A stretch of 40,810 bases of DNA from a virus (IMGVR_UViG_3300043672_000020:1-40810), one strand, 5' to 3'; shown: positions 14,979 through 25,302, counted from the stretch's first letter. Notes: generated by a model not told the origin, from the letters alone. A program made the numbers and translations.

Positions 14979-15400
14979 TCGAGACCGTAGAGATCGCCGA
15001 GGCGTGGCTGTACGCCACCCTGAGCGCCGACAGCACCCTGGCCGGGCTTGTCGGCGACCGGATCTCCGGCACGCTGTCCCCGGAATTCCTGGTCACTCCG
15101 TACGTGACGTTCCTGATGCAGTCCAGCCGGGACGTGTCCGCCGTCGGCGGGATCCGGATCAGTACCGATAACCTGTACATGGTCAAGGCGGTCGGCCAGA
15201 CCAGCACGTGGGATGACCTGAAACCGATCGCCAGCCGCATCGACTACCTGATCCACCGCCCCGGATCGACCATGATCCAGGGCAGTGGGTCGCTGACGTG
15301 CATCCGAGAGAGGGTGCATCAATTGGCGGAGGTCGATGAGGGATTGCAGTACCGCCATCTCGGGGGCGTCTACCGGATCCGCGCGAGCGCGGACAACTGA
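14975..15400 (+). CDS. tail terminator / tail completion protein
   Basis: LYATLSADSTLAGLVGDRI...PYVTF pattern; position before major tail. Confidence 0.78.
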   Translation: MIETVEIAEAWLYATLSADSTLAGLVGDRISGTLSPEFLVTPYVTFLMQSSRDVSAVGGIRISTDNLYMVKAVGQTSTWDDLKPIASRIDYLIHRPGSTMIQGSGSLTCIRERVHQLAEVDEGLQYRHLGGVYRIRASADN

Positions 15401-15401
15401 A

Positions 15402-16916
15402 ATGAGCAGAACCATGCGCAAGATCAATCCGTGGTCGGCTGTGCTCGCCGGAGGCGCGGGACTTGTCCTGGCCGGGACCGTCGCGTTCGCCGCACCGAGT
15501 GCCCCGCTGGCTGCCGTGCCCGCGAACCCGACCCAGCAGGAAGCCCTGGACGGTCTGGAGACGGCCCGGCTGTACATCCAGCAACATCCGGACACCCCGA
15601 TCCCCACAACCCCGCCAGCGACCACCACAGCCGCTCCGACGACGGTTCCGCCGAGCACTGACCCCGCAAATTTTCAGGCAACGGCCGGTGACCAGAAAAT
15701 CGTCCTGACGTGGGCGAAGCCGCTCGGCGGCACACCGACCGGATACATCTACGGGCGTAACGGTGTCGACAACACCGGCGGCGGGCCCTGGACGTCACCG
15801 GCCCAGCCCGCCACCACGTTCACGGTCACGCTGGACAAGTTGATCAACGGCACCGCGTACCAGGTGTTCGTGGAAGCGGTCTACGCCAGCGGCAACAAGC
15901 GAGTCACCCTGACCCGGACGCCAGGCCCGGCCAGCACAACCCCACCCGCTACCACGCCTCCGGCTACCATCACCGTGTCACCGACCGTCCCGGCCGGTTC
16001 CCGGGCGTCCGGGCTGCCCTGGTCGTCCGGCGCCTGGACCAACCACGATCTCGCCCAGTCGAACCAGTTCACCAGCATCGTGCGCGGTGGGCGGGCCTTC
16101 GACAACTTCGCCTTCCACACCTGGCGTGACACCCAGGCGTCGCAGAACCTGCCGAACGAATGGCGGACCATCCTGCCCGCCACCTTCGACCAGACCAAGC
16201 AGAACCTGGTGCTGGCGCTGACGTCGTGGACCGCTGACGGTGCCTTCATGACCTCCGGCCAGGCCGCCGCCATCGGAACGTCGCTGTGCTCCATCGACAC
16301 CACCGGGATCGTCCGGCTGGACTGGGAAATGAACCTCCAGGACGGCGCCGGGGCCAACGGCGCGGTCCTTACGGCCAGCAATTACACCGCCTGGGTGGCC
16401 CGGTTCCGGACCGTCGCGACCGGCATCAAATCCACGTGCCCCGGCGCGCGGATCGACTTCAACCCCAACCATGGTGCCGATCAGACCACCGGCTGCAACA
16501 GCGGCACGTACGCCGCGCCGAACAACTGCTCACGCCGCGCCTTCCAGGCGGTCAAGGACGTCGTCGACATCTTCGGCATCGACCGGTACGACGCCTACCC
16601 GGTGGTCGGCCCGAGCAACGCCGGATGGTCCGGGCACCTGAACGGGTACAACGAACTGGATGAGTCCCGCACGTACGCGCTCGCGAACGGCAAGAAATGG
16701 TCCGTCCCGGAATGGGGGCTGTGGACCGGCGGTGCGGGTGGGAACGACGACCCGACCTACATCACTGACTACATCGGCTACTTCGCGGCGCACGCGGGTG
16801 ACGTCGCCTACGAGGATTACTTCAACGAGCCGAACCCGTACATCATCAGCGACCTGATCACTCACAACCCCAACGGCCGGGCCGCCTATCGCGCGAGTCT
16901 GCTGGCTCTCCCGTAG
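15402..16916 (+). CDS. secreted FN3 + glycoside hydrolase family 26-like protein
   Basis: Signal peptide, Pro/Thr linkers, FN3 (PANFQATAGDQKIVLTW...LINGTAYQVFVEAV), clan GH-A motifs IVRLDWEMN, DIFGIDRYD, GKKWSVPEWG. Confidence 0.8.
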   Translation: MSRTMRKINPWSAVLAGGAGLVLAGTVAFAAPSAPLAAVPANPTQQEALDGLETARLYIQQHPDTPIPTTPPATTTAAPTTVPPSTDPANFQATAGDQKIVLTWAKPLGGTPTGYIYGRNGVDNTGGGPWTSPAQPATTFTVTLDKLINGTAYQVFVEAVYASGNKRVTLTRTPGPASTTPPATTPPATITVSPTVPAGSRASGLPWSSGAWTNHDLAQSNQFTSIVRGGRAFDNFAFHTWRDTQASQNLPNEWRTILPATFDQTKQNLVLALTSWTADGAFMTSGQAAAIGTSLCSIDTTGIVRLDWEMNLQDGAGANGAVLTASNYTAWVARFRTVATGIKSTCPGARIDFNPNHGADQTTGCNSGTYAAPNNCSRRAFQAVKDVVDIFGIDRYDAYPVVGPSNAGWSGHLNGYNELDESRTYALANGKKWSVPEWGLWTGGAGGNDDPTYITDYIGYFAAHAGDVAYEDYFNEPNPYIISDLITHNPNGRAAYRASLLALP

Positions 16917-16985
16917 TCCCTCTGCTCTGGCACACTAGGCCGGAGCAGCACAGATGACGCCCCCGAGCGTCTATAGCAGAAGTAG

Positions 16986-18002
16986 GTGGACGTCATCGCA
17001 GAACGTAGTTCGATCACTCAGGCAGTCCAACTTGGCGTTGAAACCGTTCCCGGCACCGCCGTCGCGGCGGGCAAGCGGCTCGGCTCGATGGGATTCAAGA
17101 TCGGTGCGAATGTCGATCCGAAAACCCTGAAGCCCACCGGGACCAAGTACCCGAGCCTGGTCATTCCCGGTAAGGAATGGACCGAGGCCGACATCTCCGG
17201 GATGGCGGTCTACACCGAACTGCCGTACGCGTTCGCGTCCGTCATCTCCGCGCCGGTCGTCACGGCCATCATGGACAGCGCCACCCCGACGCTGGCCACC
17301 CGGTGGGTGTTCAACTCGAACACCTTCGGGGATGATGCCCCGAAGACTTTCACGGTCGAGCAGGGTTCGTCGTTCCGGGCGCACCGATTCTCGAACGCGC
17401 TGTTCAAGGAGTACACCTGGGGCTGGTCCCGCGAGGAGATCGAACTGGGGGGCACCCTGCTCGGCCGGGCGATCGAGGACGGCATCACCCTGACCGCGAC
17501 CCCGACGCTTCTCCCGCAGATCCCGGTCCGGCCAGCCGAACTGTCGGTCTACATCGACTCGACCGCCGTCGGCCTGGGCACGACGAAGCAGTTGCGCACC
17601 CTCAAGGGCGAATGCAAGATCTCCGATCGTTACGACCCGCTCTGGGTGGTGGATGCCGCTCAGGTGTCGTTCGCGAACACCATCGAGATCGAGCCGACCG
17701 TCGAATTCAAGATCACGCAGATGGCGGACACCCAGTCGGCCGCGAACCTCGTGGCGATGCGCAACGGCACCACGAAGTTCCTCCGGCTGGAGGCGGTCGG
17801 CCCGGTCATCTACACCAGCGCCACACCGCTCACGGTCACCCACAAGTGCACGTGGGACGTGGCCGGTCAGGTGTCGGACGTGAAGCCGTTCGACGACGAG
17901 GACGGGGTTTTCGCCATCGAATACACCTTCACCGCCATCCACGACCCGACGTGGGCCAAGGCGTTCTCGGTCGAGGTCATCACCACCACCACGGCGCTGT
18001 AA
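16986..18002 (+). CDS. major tail tube protein
   Basis: VQLGVETVPGTAV N-terminus, D.PKTFTVEQG, DEDGVFAIEYTF; upstream of chaperones and tape measure. Confidence 0.82.
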   Translation: MDVIAERSSITQAVQLGVETVPGTAVAAGKRLGSMGFKIGANVDPKTLKPTGTKYPSLVIPGKEWTEADISGMAVYTELPYAFASVISAPVVTAIMDSATPTLATRWVFNSNTFGDDAPKTFTVEQGSSFRAHRFSNALFKEYTWGWSREEIELGGTLLGRAIEDGITLTATPTLLPQIPVRPAELSVYIDSTAVGLGTTKQLRTLKGECKISDRYDPLWVVDAAQVSFANTIEIEPTVEFKITQMADTQSAANLVAMRNGTTKFLRLEAVGPVIYTSATPLTVTHKCTWDVAGQVSDVKPFDDEDGVFAIEYTFTAIHDPTWAKAFSVEVITTTTAL

Positions 18003-18316
18003 TGAGCGGGGTCACGGACGACCGGTCGGATCCGGCGCTCACGCGGGGGCCGGACACCGAGCCGGTCCCGCAGGCCGCCAAGTATCTGGTGCTGAGTGAC
18101 GCGGAGCGCCTGGCCGGGTTCGTGCGCCCGGTCCGCCGGACGTACACCCACGTTCCGTGTGGTGCCGCCACGACGATGGGCCAGGCCATCGCCGAAACCT
18201 ACGCCCGGCAGCCGGATTTCTACGGCAGCACGTATTGCGTGAACTGCTCCATGCACAGGCCGGTCGGTGCTGACGGCGAATTCATCTGGGACGACGGAAG
18301 CAAGGTTGGCACATGA
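18002..18316 (+). CDS. hypothetical protein with HxxC...CxxC metal-binding motifs
   Basis: TAATG coupling to major tail; YTHVPCG and YCVNC; 3' part of track ORF 17612..18316. Confidence 0.75.
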   Translation: MSGVTDDRSDPALTRGPDTEPVPQAAKYLVLSDAERLAGFVRPVRRTYTHVPCGAATTMGQAIAETYARQPDFYGSTYCVNCSMHRPVGADGEFIWDDGSKVGT

Positions 18317-18666
18317 GGATTGATGAAGCGCTCGCCGGTTCCAAGCCGCTCGCGGTGAAGTTCCAGGCGGCGGTGCTGAACATCGAGTACCGGCCCCCGG
18401 CGTACACGATCGAGCAGATGGTCGAAGCGGAGTCGGACAAGGACAATCCGGAGCGCCTGGTGAAGATGATCCAGGACATCGTCATCGGCTGGGATCTGAC
18501 CCGGATCGAGAAGTACTTCAGCGGCGAGATCGGCTCCGAACCTCTGGAGCGCGAGGTTCCGGTGGATGTGACGAACGCGGACGACGTGCGCAAGTACGTG
18601 CCGTCTCCGATCATCATGGGAATCATCAAGGCGATCCGTGAGGACAACGACGTCTCGGGGGAATGA
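18313..18666 (+). CDS. tail assembly chaperone (gpG-like)
   Basis: IVIGWDL motif; between major tail and tape measure; ends in GGGGGAA. Confidence 0.78.
   Translation: MRIDEALAGSKPLAVKFQAAVLNIEYRPPAYTIEQMVEAESDKDNPERLVKMIQDIVIGWDLTRIEKYFSGEIGSEPLEREVPVDVTNADDVRKYVPSPIIMGIIKAIREDNDVSGE
18657..18663 (+). other. putative -1 programmed frameshift site G GGG GAA
   Basis: Immediately before the chaperone stop codon; the downstream ORF is in the -1 frame. Confidence 0.65.
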
Positions 18667-18857
18667 AGGCCCTCCGTCGCTACCTCACGACGGACGGGAC
18701 GATGGGCGAGGTGCCGATGTGGTATTCGCTCGTCACGGCGTCACGCTACCTCGGTGTGGCGCCCTGGGAACTGGCGAAAATGCCCGCATGGTGGATGAAT
18801 GTCGCGCTCGCGGCCCAGTCGGCGGAAAACGCCGCTAGCAGGAAGAAGGCAGCCTGA
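18663..18857 (+). CDS. tail assembly chaperone, downstream part (gpT-like)
   Basis: ASRYLGVAPWEL motif; -1 frame relative to the upstream chaperone; TGATG coupling to tape measure. Confidence 0.7.
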   Translation: MKALRRYLTTDGTMGEVPMWYSLVTASRYLGVAPWELAKMPAWWMNVALAAQSAENAASRKKAA

Positions 18858-21800
18858 TGCCGACGGTGGCCGAACTTCAGGTCGACATCAACGCCAAGGA
18901 CGACGCTTCCGCCACGATCATGGCCCTGGACGCGCTGATCAAGGAACTGGACAGCGGTGACGTCGATATCGACATCAACGCCAACACCGGTGACGCGCAG
19001 GCCAGGCTCCAGGAACTACTGGCCCGGCTGCGCGAACTGGACAGGTCCGACCCGGACATCGACATCGACGTCAATACGGGTGGTGCGACCGCCGAACTGG
19101 CCCGGCTGCGCGCCGAACTGGATGCGATGCGGGACGAGACGATCCGTGTTCGAGTCAACTCCGATGAGGTCCGGCGGGCCACCGGCAACATGGGGGACTT
19201 CCGCACGTCCGCGATGAACGCCAGCCGGTCCATGCGACCCCTGACCGCCGCCGTCCTCGCGCTGGGCACCGCGCTGATCCCGCTGGGAGCCGTCGCGGTC
19301 GGCGGGATCATGGCGCTGGCGACCGCTTTCGCCGCTGCCGGTATCGGTGCTGGCCTGTTCGCCGCTGTCGCCATCACCGCGTTCGGACCAGTGAAGGAAG
19401 CGCTGAAGCAACTCGCGTCGGCACAGGAGGAGTACAACAAGGCCACCACCGACAAGGAACGGGACGCGGCACTGGCGAAGACGAAAGCCATCATGGACGG
19501 CCTGAGCCCGTCCGTCCGCACGATGGTCCAGTCGGTCCTTGACTTCAAGACCGCCTGGCGGGCTTTCGCCGACCAGTTCCAGCCGGAGATCTTCCAGATC
19601 GCGCAGGAAGGCCTGGCCGGGCTCGCGGGTCTGCTGCCGTCGCTGGCTCCGATGGTGCAGGGTGCGGCGGATGCCTTCCTCTCTCTGGAGCGATCGGTGA
19701 TCGCCTCCCTGGGAAGCCCGTGGTGGCAGTCCTGGATGGGCGAGATCGGTTCGGTGATGCAGCCGCTGCTGGAGGGGCTGGGCCGGAGTATCGGTAACAT
19801 CATCACCGCTTTCGCCGGGCTGATGCTGGCTTTCATGCCACTCACCCTTGATTTCGTCGGTGGCATGGAACGCATGACCGGTGCTTTCGCGAACTGGGCG
19901 CAGGGCCTGGAGGACAGCAAGGGGTTCCAGAATTTCATCGCTTACGTCCGCGAGAACACCCCGCTGGTGCTCGGCCTCATCGCGTCCCTGGCCGGAGCCT
20001 TCGTTGCCCTGGTGAAAGCCGGTGCCCCGCTGGGTGAAGCGTTGGTGATCATGGCCACGAACTTGTTCAACGCGATGATCGCGTTCCAGCAGGCGCACCC
20101 GCAGGCGGCCACGTTCGGTCTGGCACTGCTCGCGGTCCTGGCGGTGGCCATCAAGTTGACCGGCCCGCTGCTGTCCATCGGCAGCCTGGTCATGACCATC
20201 GCCTCCGCCCTGCTGTCGCTGGCCAGTCCCCTGATGGCGATAGCCGGGTTCTTCGTGGCCAGTTCGACGGCAGCGGCTCTGCTGGTGATCGCTTTCATCG
20301 CCATCGTGGCCGCTCTCATCTACGCCTACACGCATTTCGAGGCGTTCAGGAATCTCGTCAATACCGTTGCCGGGGCCATCGCTGATTTCGCGGTCATGGT
20401 GTACGACGCGATCGTGGCCGGTCTGGGCGCGGCGGCCAGTTGGCTGTCGTCGACGTTCGGCCCGGCGGTCCAGGCCGTCGTGGATTTCGTGGTCGAGCAG
20501 TTCAACAAGATCAAGGACTGGGCCACCGAGAACAGCGCCACATTCCAGGCCGCCTGGACGACCATCGTCGAGTTCATCAAGTTCGTGATGGTACTGATCG
20601 GAGCGGTGATCGGCGCTGGGCTGGTGGCCATCTCCGCCGTCTGGAATGCCGTCTGGCCGACACTGTCCGAAATCATCCGGGGTGTCTGGGAAGCCATCAA
20701 GGGGATCATCTCCGGGGCCCTCGACATCATCCTGGGAATGATTCTCTTCTGGGCCGGGGTTCTGGCCGGTGACTGGAGCGCCATGGGCGACGGCATCGTG
20801 CAGATCGCCCGGGGCATGTGGGAAGCCGTCGCCGGAGTCTTCACCGGTGCCTTCATCATCCTCCAGGCCATCGCGACCGCCGCCGGGAATATCCTGATGG
20901 CCATCCTGGGCGCCATCTGGGCCGGGATCTGGAGTGCGGCCACGACCGCCTGGAGCCTGATCGTCACCGCCGTGTCGGCCGCGTGGACGGCCATCACCGC
21001 CGTGGTGTCGGCGGCGGTTCCCATCATCCAGAACATCATCAATGCCTTCTGGAACGCCGTGTTCGCCATCTTCCAGGCCGCCTGGAACCTGATTGTCGCT
21101 GGCATGAGCGCCTTCTGGGCCACCCTGACCGGCCTGGTGTCCGCCGCGTGGAACGGGATCGTGGCATTGTTCCAGGCCGCATGGGCGGGCATTGTCGCTG
21201 GCATGAGCGCCTTCTGGGCCACGCTGACCGGCCTGGTATCGGCTGCGTGGAACGCCATCACGGCGCTGTTCACCGGTGCCATGAACGGGATCCAGAACGC
21301 GGTGAACGCCTTCTGGGCAGCGGTCATCGCCGTTTTCCAGGCCGCGTGGGCACTACTGGTGGCCGGGCTGTCCTCCTTCTGGGCCACACTGACATCGCTG
21401 ACGTCCGCCGCGATGAACGCGATCCAGGCCCTGATCACCGCTGCCTGGAACGCCATCACCAACGCCATCCAGGCCGCCCTGGCGGCAATTCAGGCTGCGG
21501 TCGCTGCCGCCTGGAACGCCATCACCAGCCTCATCACCACGGCCATGTCCGCGATACTGAATGCCATCGTGGCCGGGTGGAACACCATCACCAATGCCAT
21601 CCAGTCGGCGATGACCACCATTCTGAACACTATCCAGTCCGGGTGGAACGCCATCGTCCGGGCCGTGCAGAACGCTATCCAGAACGTGGTGTCCGCCATC
21701 CAGAACGGCATGTCCAACGCCACGCAGGCCGTGCAGAGCGGCATCGCCGCAATGGTCGGCATCGTGACCGGCGCGGCCGGGGCGTTCTTTTCCGCTGGGG

Positions 21801-22261
21801 CCAGCCTGATCAGCAACCTGATCAGCGGTGTTCAGTCCATGCTCGGCGGCTTGACCAGTGTGATCGGAACGGTCGTCGGCATCCTGACCGGCCCCCTTCC
21901 CGGTTCACCAGCCGAATATGGTCCCCTCTCCGGCCAGGGGTGGACGAAGATCCGGGGTCAGCATTACGTGCAGGACATCGCCTCCGGCATCACCGGGGAA
22001 TCGGGGCTGGTGGCGAGCGCCGCCCGCGACATTGCTGACCTGATGACACTTGACCTGAATTCCGGGGCGGCCTTCAGCGCCATCGCCAACGGGACGTCCA
22101 CCGGAGGCGGGGACGGTGGAGGCATTACGATCAGCGTGGCGCCGGGTGCCATCGTCCTGTCGATCGGCGACGGCGTCACCGCTGGTGACGCCCGGCAGGC
22201 GTTCGACGGTGCGGCGTCGTCGCTGGCGGACGAACTACTGACCGCCATCCGGAGGAGGTAA
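18857..22261 (+). CDS. tape measure protein
   Basis: 1134 aa, Ala-rich and helical, 11-residue W/F periodicity, C-terminal PGSPAEYGPLSGQGW. A 99-nt internal duplication starts at 21092 and 21191. Confidence 0.93.
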   Translation: MPTVAELQVDINAKDDASATIMALDALIKELDSGDVDIDINANTGDAQARLQELLARLRELDRSDPDIDIDVNTGGATAELARLRAELDAMRDETIRVRVNSDEVRRATGNMGDFRTSAMNASRSMRPLTAAVLALGTALIPLGAVAVGGIMALATAFAAAGIGAGLFAAVAITAFGPVKEALKQLASAQEEYNKATTDKERDAALAKTKAIMDGLSPSVRTMVQSVLDFKTAWRAFADQFQPEIFQIAQEGLAGLAGLLPSLAPMVQGAADAFLSLERSVIASLGSPWWQSWMGEIGSVMQPLLEGLGRSIGNIITAFAGLMLAFMPLTLDFVGGMERMTGAFANWAQGLEDSKGFQNFIAYVRENTPLVLGLIASLAGAFVALVKAGAPLGEALVIMATNLFNAMIAFQQAHPQAATFGLALLAVLAVAIKLTGPLLSIGSLVMTIASALLSLASPLMAIAGFFVASSTAAALLVIAFIAIVAALIYAYTHFEAFRNLVNTVAGAIADFAVMVYDAIVAGLGAAASWLSSTFGPAVQAVVDFVVEQFNKIKDWATENSATFQAAWTTIVEFIKFVMVLIGAVIGAGLVAISAVWNAVWPTLSEIIRGVWEAIKGIISGALDIILGMILFWAGVLAGDWSAMGDGIVQIARGMWEAVAGVFTGAFIILQAIATAAGNILMAILGAIWAGIWSAATTAWSLIVTAVSAAWTAITAVVSAAVPIIQNIINAFWNAVFAIFQAAWNLIVAGMSAFWATLTGLVSAAWNGIVALFQAAWAGIVAGMSAFWATLTGLVSAAWNAITALFTGAMNGIQNAVNAFWAAVIAVFQAAWALLVAGLSSFWATLTSLTSAAMNAIQALITAAWNAITNAIQAALAAIQAAVAAAWNAITSLITTAMSAILNAIVAGWNTITNAIQSAMTTILNTIQSGWNAIVRAVQNAIQNVVSAIQNGMSNATQAVQSGIAAMVGIVTGAAGAFFSAGASLISNLISGVQSMLGGLTSVIGTVVGILTGPLPGSPAEYGPLSGQGWTKIRGQHYVQDIASGITGESGLVASAARDIADLMTLDLNSGAAFSAIANGTSTGGGDGGGITISVAPGAIVLSIGDGVTAGDARQAFDGAASSLADELLTAIRRR

Positions 22262-22264
22262 GCA

Positions 22265-25200
22265 GTGGCCACCACGATCACCAGCGGCAACCACGGTGAC
22301 AGCCTTCAGGGCAGCCCGGACAAGCGGCTGGACCTGGCACCGGACGGCACCTTGTGGGCGCTGATCGTCGCGGCCGGAAACCCTGGCACCGCCAAGTTCT
22401 TCCGCAGCAACAACGGTGGCGCGACCTGGACGTACGCCAGTGGTAGCGACATCCCGCTCGGCCAGAACAGCGCCGTCCCCTCGTTTTTCATCGACGCGGA
22501 TGGTTACGCGCACGTCTCGTGGATCAGATGGAACTCCGACCCGCAGACGGTCATCTACGCCCGGGGCAAGCCGACCGGCACCGCCACCACCGATCGGGGC
22601 TGGTCCTGGTCCACTCTGACAATCAGCCCGGCCAGTGGGCGTACCGGTGTCGATTCGGATCTGGTGGCGTTCCGGTCCGGCACCGGCTGGGTCGCGTTCG
22701 TGGCGTACGGACTCGGGTCCGGCAACGGCACCCAGGTGGCTCAGGTGGCCATCACCGCCAGCGGCGCGCTGTCCGTCACCGCCACCACCATGGGACCGAG
22801 TACGGGCCTGGCGCAATGGCAGTTCGGTTCGATCGAGTTCAACCACACAGGCGACGGGAAGACGGCTGCCGCCCTGCCTCACCTCTACCTCTGCACGGCC
22901 ATCCAGGGCACCAGCGCCGCCGTGCGGGTCCAGCGGGCGCTCTACTCCGGTGGTACCTGGACCTGGCAGTCTCCGGTCACGGCGGCCACCGGGGACGTCG
23001 TCCAGACCACCATGTGCACGGTGTGGGACGGCGCGCTGCTGATGACGGCGGTCGCCCTGACCAGCGCCACCATTCTCGTGTCGGAATGGGACGGCGCGGC
23101 CGGATCGGTCACCGCCCGCAACCCACCGGCCGCACCCGGCGGCACCGGCACCGTACTGGGCCTGAGCCTGGCCGTGGACCCGGCCACCGACGACGTCTAC
23201 CTGGCCTACTACGACGCGACCGACGGCGACATCCGCTGGTCCAAGTTCACCCGCGCCTCCACCACCTGGTCAGCCTGGGCGGTAGCCGTCACCCAGACCC
23301 CGCCCGGCGGTGACGGCAAGGTGTCACTGGTGCGGCATCCCAGCCGCGACAGCGTGGACATGATCTTCGCGCAGGGATCCGGCTCCACCTGGACGATCTT
23401 CTCGCAGCAGTTGGTGGCGCTGGTCCGTACGCCGACCGCACCGACCCTCATCAGCCCGGCCAACGGGGCGGCACTGGACCTGGCGGCCGGAGCGACGTTC
23501 ACGTGGACCTACAACCCGGTCAGCCCGGGAGACACCCAGCAGGCGTGGGCTTTTCAGCGCGTCCAGGGCGTCACCACTGAATACTGGAACGCCAGCAGCC
23601 AATCCTGGTCGGCCACGATCATCTGGAACACCACGATCGGGGCCACACCGACCAGCGCGGTGTTCGCGGCGGGGAAGTGGACGACGGCCCTCACGTACAC
23701 GTGGACGGTCCGCACCCGCTCCAGCACCGGCGCCGATTCAGCGTTCGCCACGGCCCGGACCGTGGTCGCCACCACGGCGCCGGTCGCTGTCGTGACCGCA
23801 CCGAGCGGTCTGACGTTCGCCGATTCCAGCCCGAACGTGGTCTGGACGTACACCTGCCTGGACGCGCAGCGGGATTACCGGATCCGGATCATCGCCGAGC
23901 AGGCCGGGATCGACCCGGACGTGACCACACCCGTCTGGGACTCCGGCGTGGTGTCCTCCTCGATCGGCCGGTTCGCCCGGGTCGGCATCAGCCTCACCAA
24001 CGGGGCGGCCTACCGGGCGTATGTGAAAGTCACCAGCAGCGCCGCCGTTTCGTCGGCGTGGGTCTACAGCCAGTTCATCATCAGCATCGTTCCCCCGAAC
24101 GGTCCCCTGGTGGAGGCGATCGACCAGATCCACTACGGCACGGACGTTCCCCGGGTCCGGCTGGACCTGCTGGCCCGCTCGTCACTGCTGACCGCCGCTC
24201 AGGACGTCGGTTCCGGTGGCTGGGAGAATGACACGAACACCACGATCCTCCAGCAACTGGCGGACACCACCAACCAGTTACTGGCCGGGCTGAAACTGAC
24301 CAGCGTGGCGGGCGGGCTGATGGGAGTGCGGACGGTGGTCGGTGATCCCCCGCTCGCGCCGTACGGCCAGCCGCAGCCTCCCGGCCCACTGTCCTTCCCC
24401 GTCGTGGCCGGGATCGTCTATACCCTGGTGGGAAGTTTCAAGGCGGCAGCCACCAGCCGGACCGCTCGCGCCCGGCTGCGCTGGTACGACGAGGATGACG
24501 GCACGGGTGTGCTGATCTCGGAGTCCGTCGGCGATGCGGTGATCATCACCTCTGGTGCTTACGCGCAGGCCACGCTGACCGCGACGGCGCCCGTGGGTGC
24601 CGTCCTGGCGCGCGTGGTGTTCGAGGTGCTCGGGCCGACGGCGGCCAGTGAGATCTTCTACCTGGCGCAGATGTCGTTCGCCCCCGGCCGGTCCACCGCC
24701 TACCAGCCGGGTGGGTACTCGGCGACCCAGACGCTGCGGGTGGAACGCTCGGACGATGACGGGCTGACCTGGACGGAGGTGCTCAGCCGGATCCGGCCGT
24801 CCCTCGCGCAGCAGGCCATCGCCACCGACCGGTCCATGCCGTTCGGCACGGACGTGCAGTACCGTGCGTACACGGACGTCGACCCCGGCCTTGGTGCGGT
24901 GTTCACCTCGGGGATCAGCCCGATCGCCACCATCAACCTGGACGCGGAACGGTGGGCCATCCGTGACCTGACCGAGGATGACGCGGAAATCTACGCCTAC
25001 GTGGTCGGGCATCGCCGCTCCGATGACGAATCGTCCAGCGTGCACCGCCCTGCTGGCCGGGAGTTTCCGATCGTGGACACGGAAGGGCAGCAGGCCGCTG
25101 TCGGGATGCTGTCCATTTTCGTTCCGGTCGCTGACATCGACAGCGCTCTGCTGATCCTGCGCCGGAGCGCGCCGATGATCGTCCAGGGCCCGACCGGCAT

Positions 25201-25300
25201 GCTGTTCCTGGCTCGCCTGCTGCGCCGGGACTACAAGGTCGAAGCGTCCCGGCATCGGATCATCGACGTCGATTATGTTGATGTTATGGAGGCGCAGTAA
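22265..25300 (+). CDS. large minor tail protein
   Basis: Follows tape measure; propeller-like N-terminal region with an Asp-box-like SNNGGATW, FN3-like PTAPTLISP...FTW, a CBM-like segment and a distal-tail-like C-terminus. Confidence 0.8.
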   Translation: MATTITSGNHGDSLQGSPDKRLDLAPDGTLWALIVAAGNPGTAKFFRSNNGGATWTYASGSDIPLGQNSAVPSFFIDADGYAHVSWIRWNSDPQTVIYARGKPTGTATTDRGWSWSTLTISPASGRTGVDSDLVAFRSGTGWVAFVAYGLGSGNGTQVAQVAITASGALSVTATTMGPSTGLAQWQFGSIEFNHTGDGKTAAALPHLYLCTAIQGTSAAVRVQRALYSGGTWTWQSPVTAATGDVVQTTMCTVWDGALLMTAVALTSATILVSEWDGAAGSVTARNPPAAPGGTGTVLGLSLAVDPATDDVYLAYYDATDGDIRWSKFTRASTTWSAWAVAVTQTPPGGDGKVSLVRHPSRDSVDMIFAQGSGSTWTIFSQQLVALVRTPTAPTLISPANGAALDLAAGATFTWTYNPVSPGDTQQAWAFQRVQGVTTEYWNASSQSWSATIIWNTTIGATPTSAVFAAGKWTTALTYTWTVRTRSSTGADSAFATARTVVATTAPVAVVTAPSGLTFADSSPNVVWTYTCLDAQRDYRIRIIAEQAGIDPDVTTPVWDSGVVSSSIGRFARVGISLTNGAAYRAYVKVTSSAAVSSAWVYSQFIISIVPPNGPLVEAIDQIHYGTDVPRVRLDLLARSSLLTAAQDVGSGGWENDTNTTILQQLADTTNQLLAGLKLTSVAGGLMGVRTVVGDPPLAPYGQPQPPGPLSFPVVAGIVYTLVGSFKAAATSRTARARLRWYDEDDGTGVLISESVGDAVIITSGAYAQATLTATAPVGAVLARVVFEVLGPTAASEIFYLAQMSFAPGRSTAYQPGGYSATQTLRVERSDDDGLTWTEVLSRIRPSLAQQAIATDRSMPFGTDVQYRAYTDVDPGLGAVFTSGISPIATINLDAERWAIRDLTEDDAEIYAYVVGHRRSDDESSSVHRPAGREFPIVDTEGQQAAVGMLSIFVPVADIDSALLILRRSAPMIVQGPTGMLFLARLLRRDYKVEASRHRIIDVDYVDVMEAQ

Positions 25301-25302
25301 CC

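Noticed and set aside
21092-21290. 99-nt tandem duplication as a possible DGR template/variable repeat
   Set aside because: Ordinary 33-aa tape measure repeat; differences not adenine-specific; no reverse transcriptase in the window.
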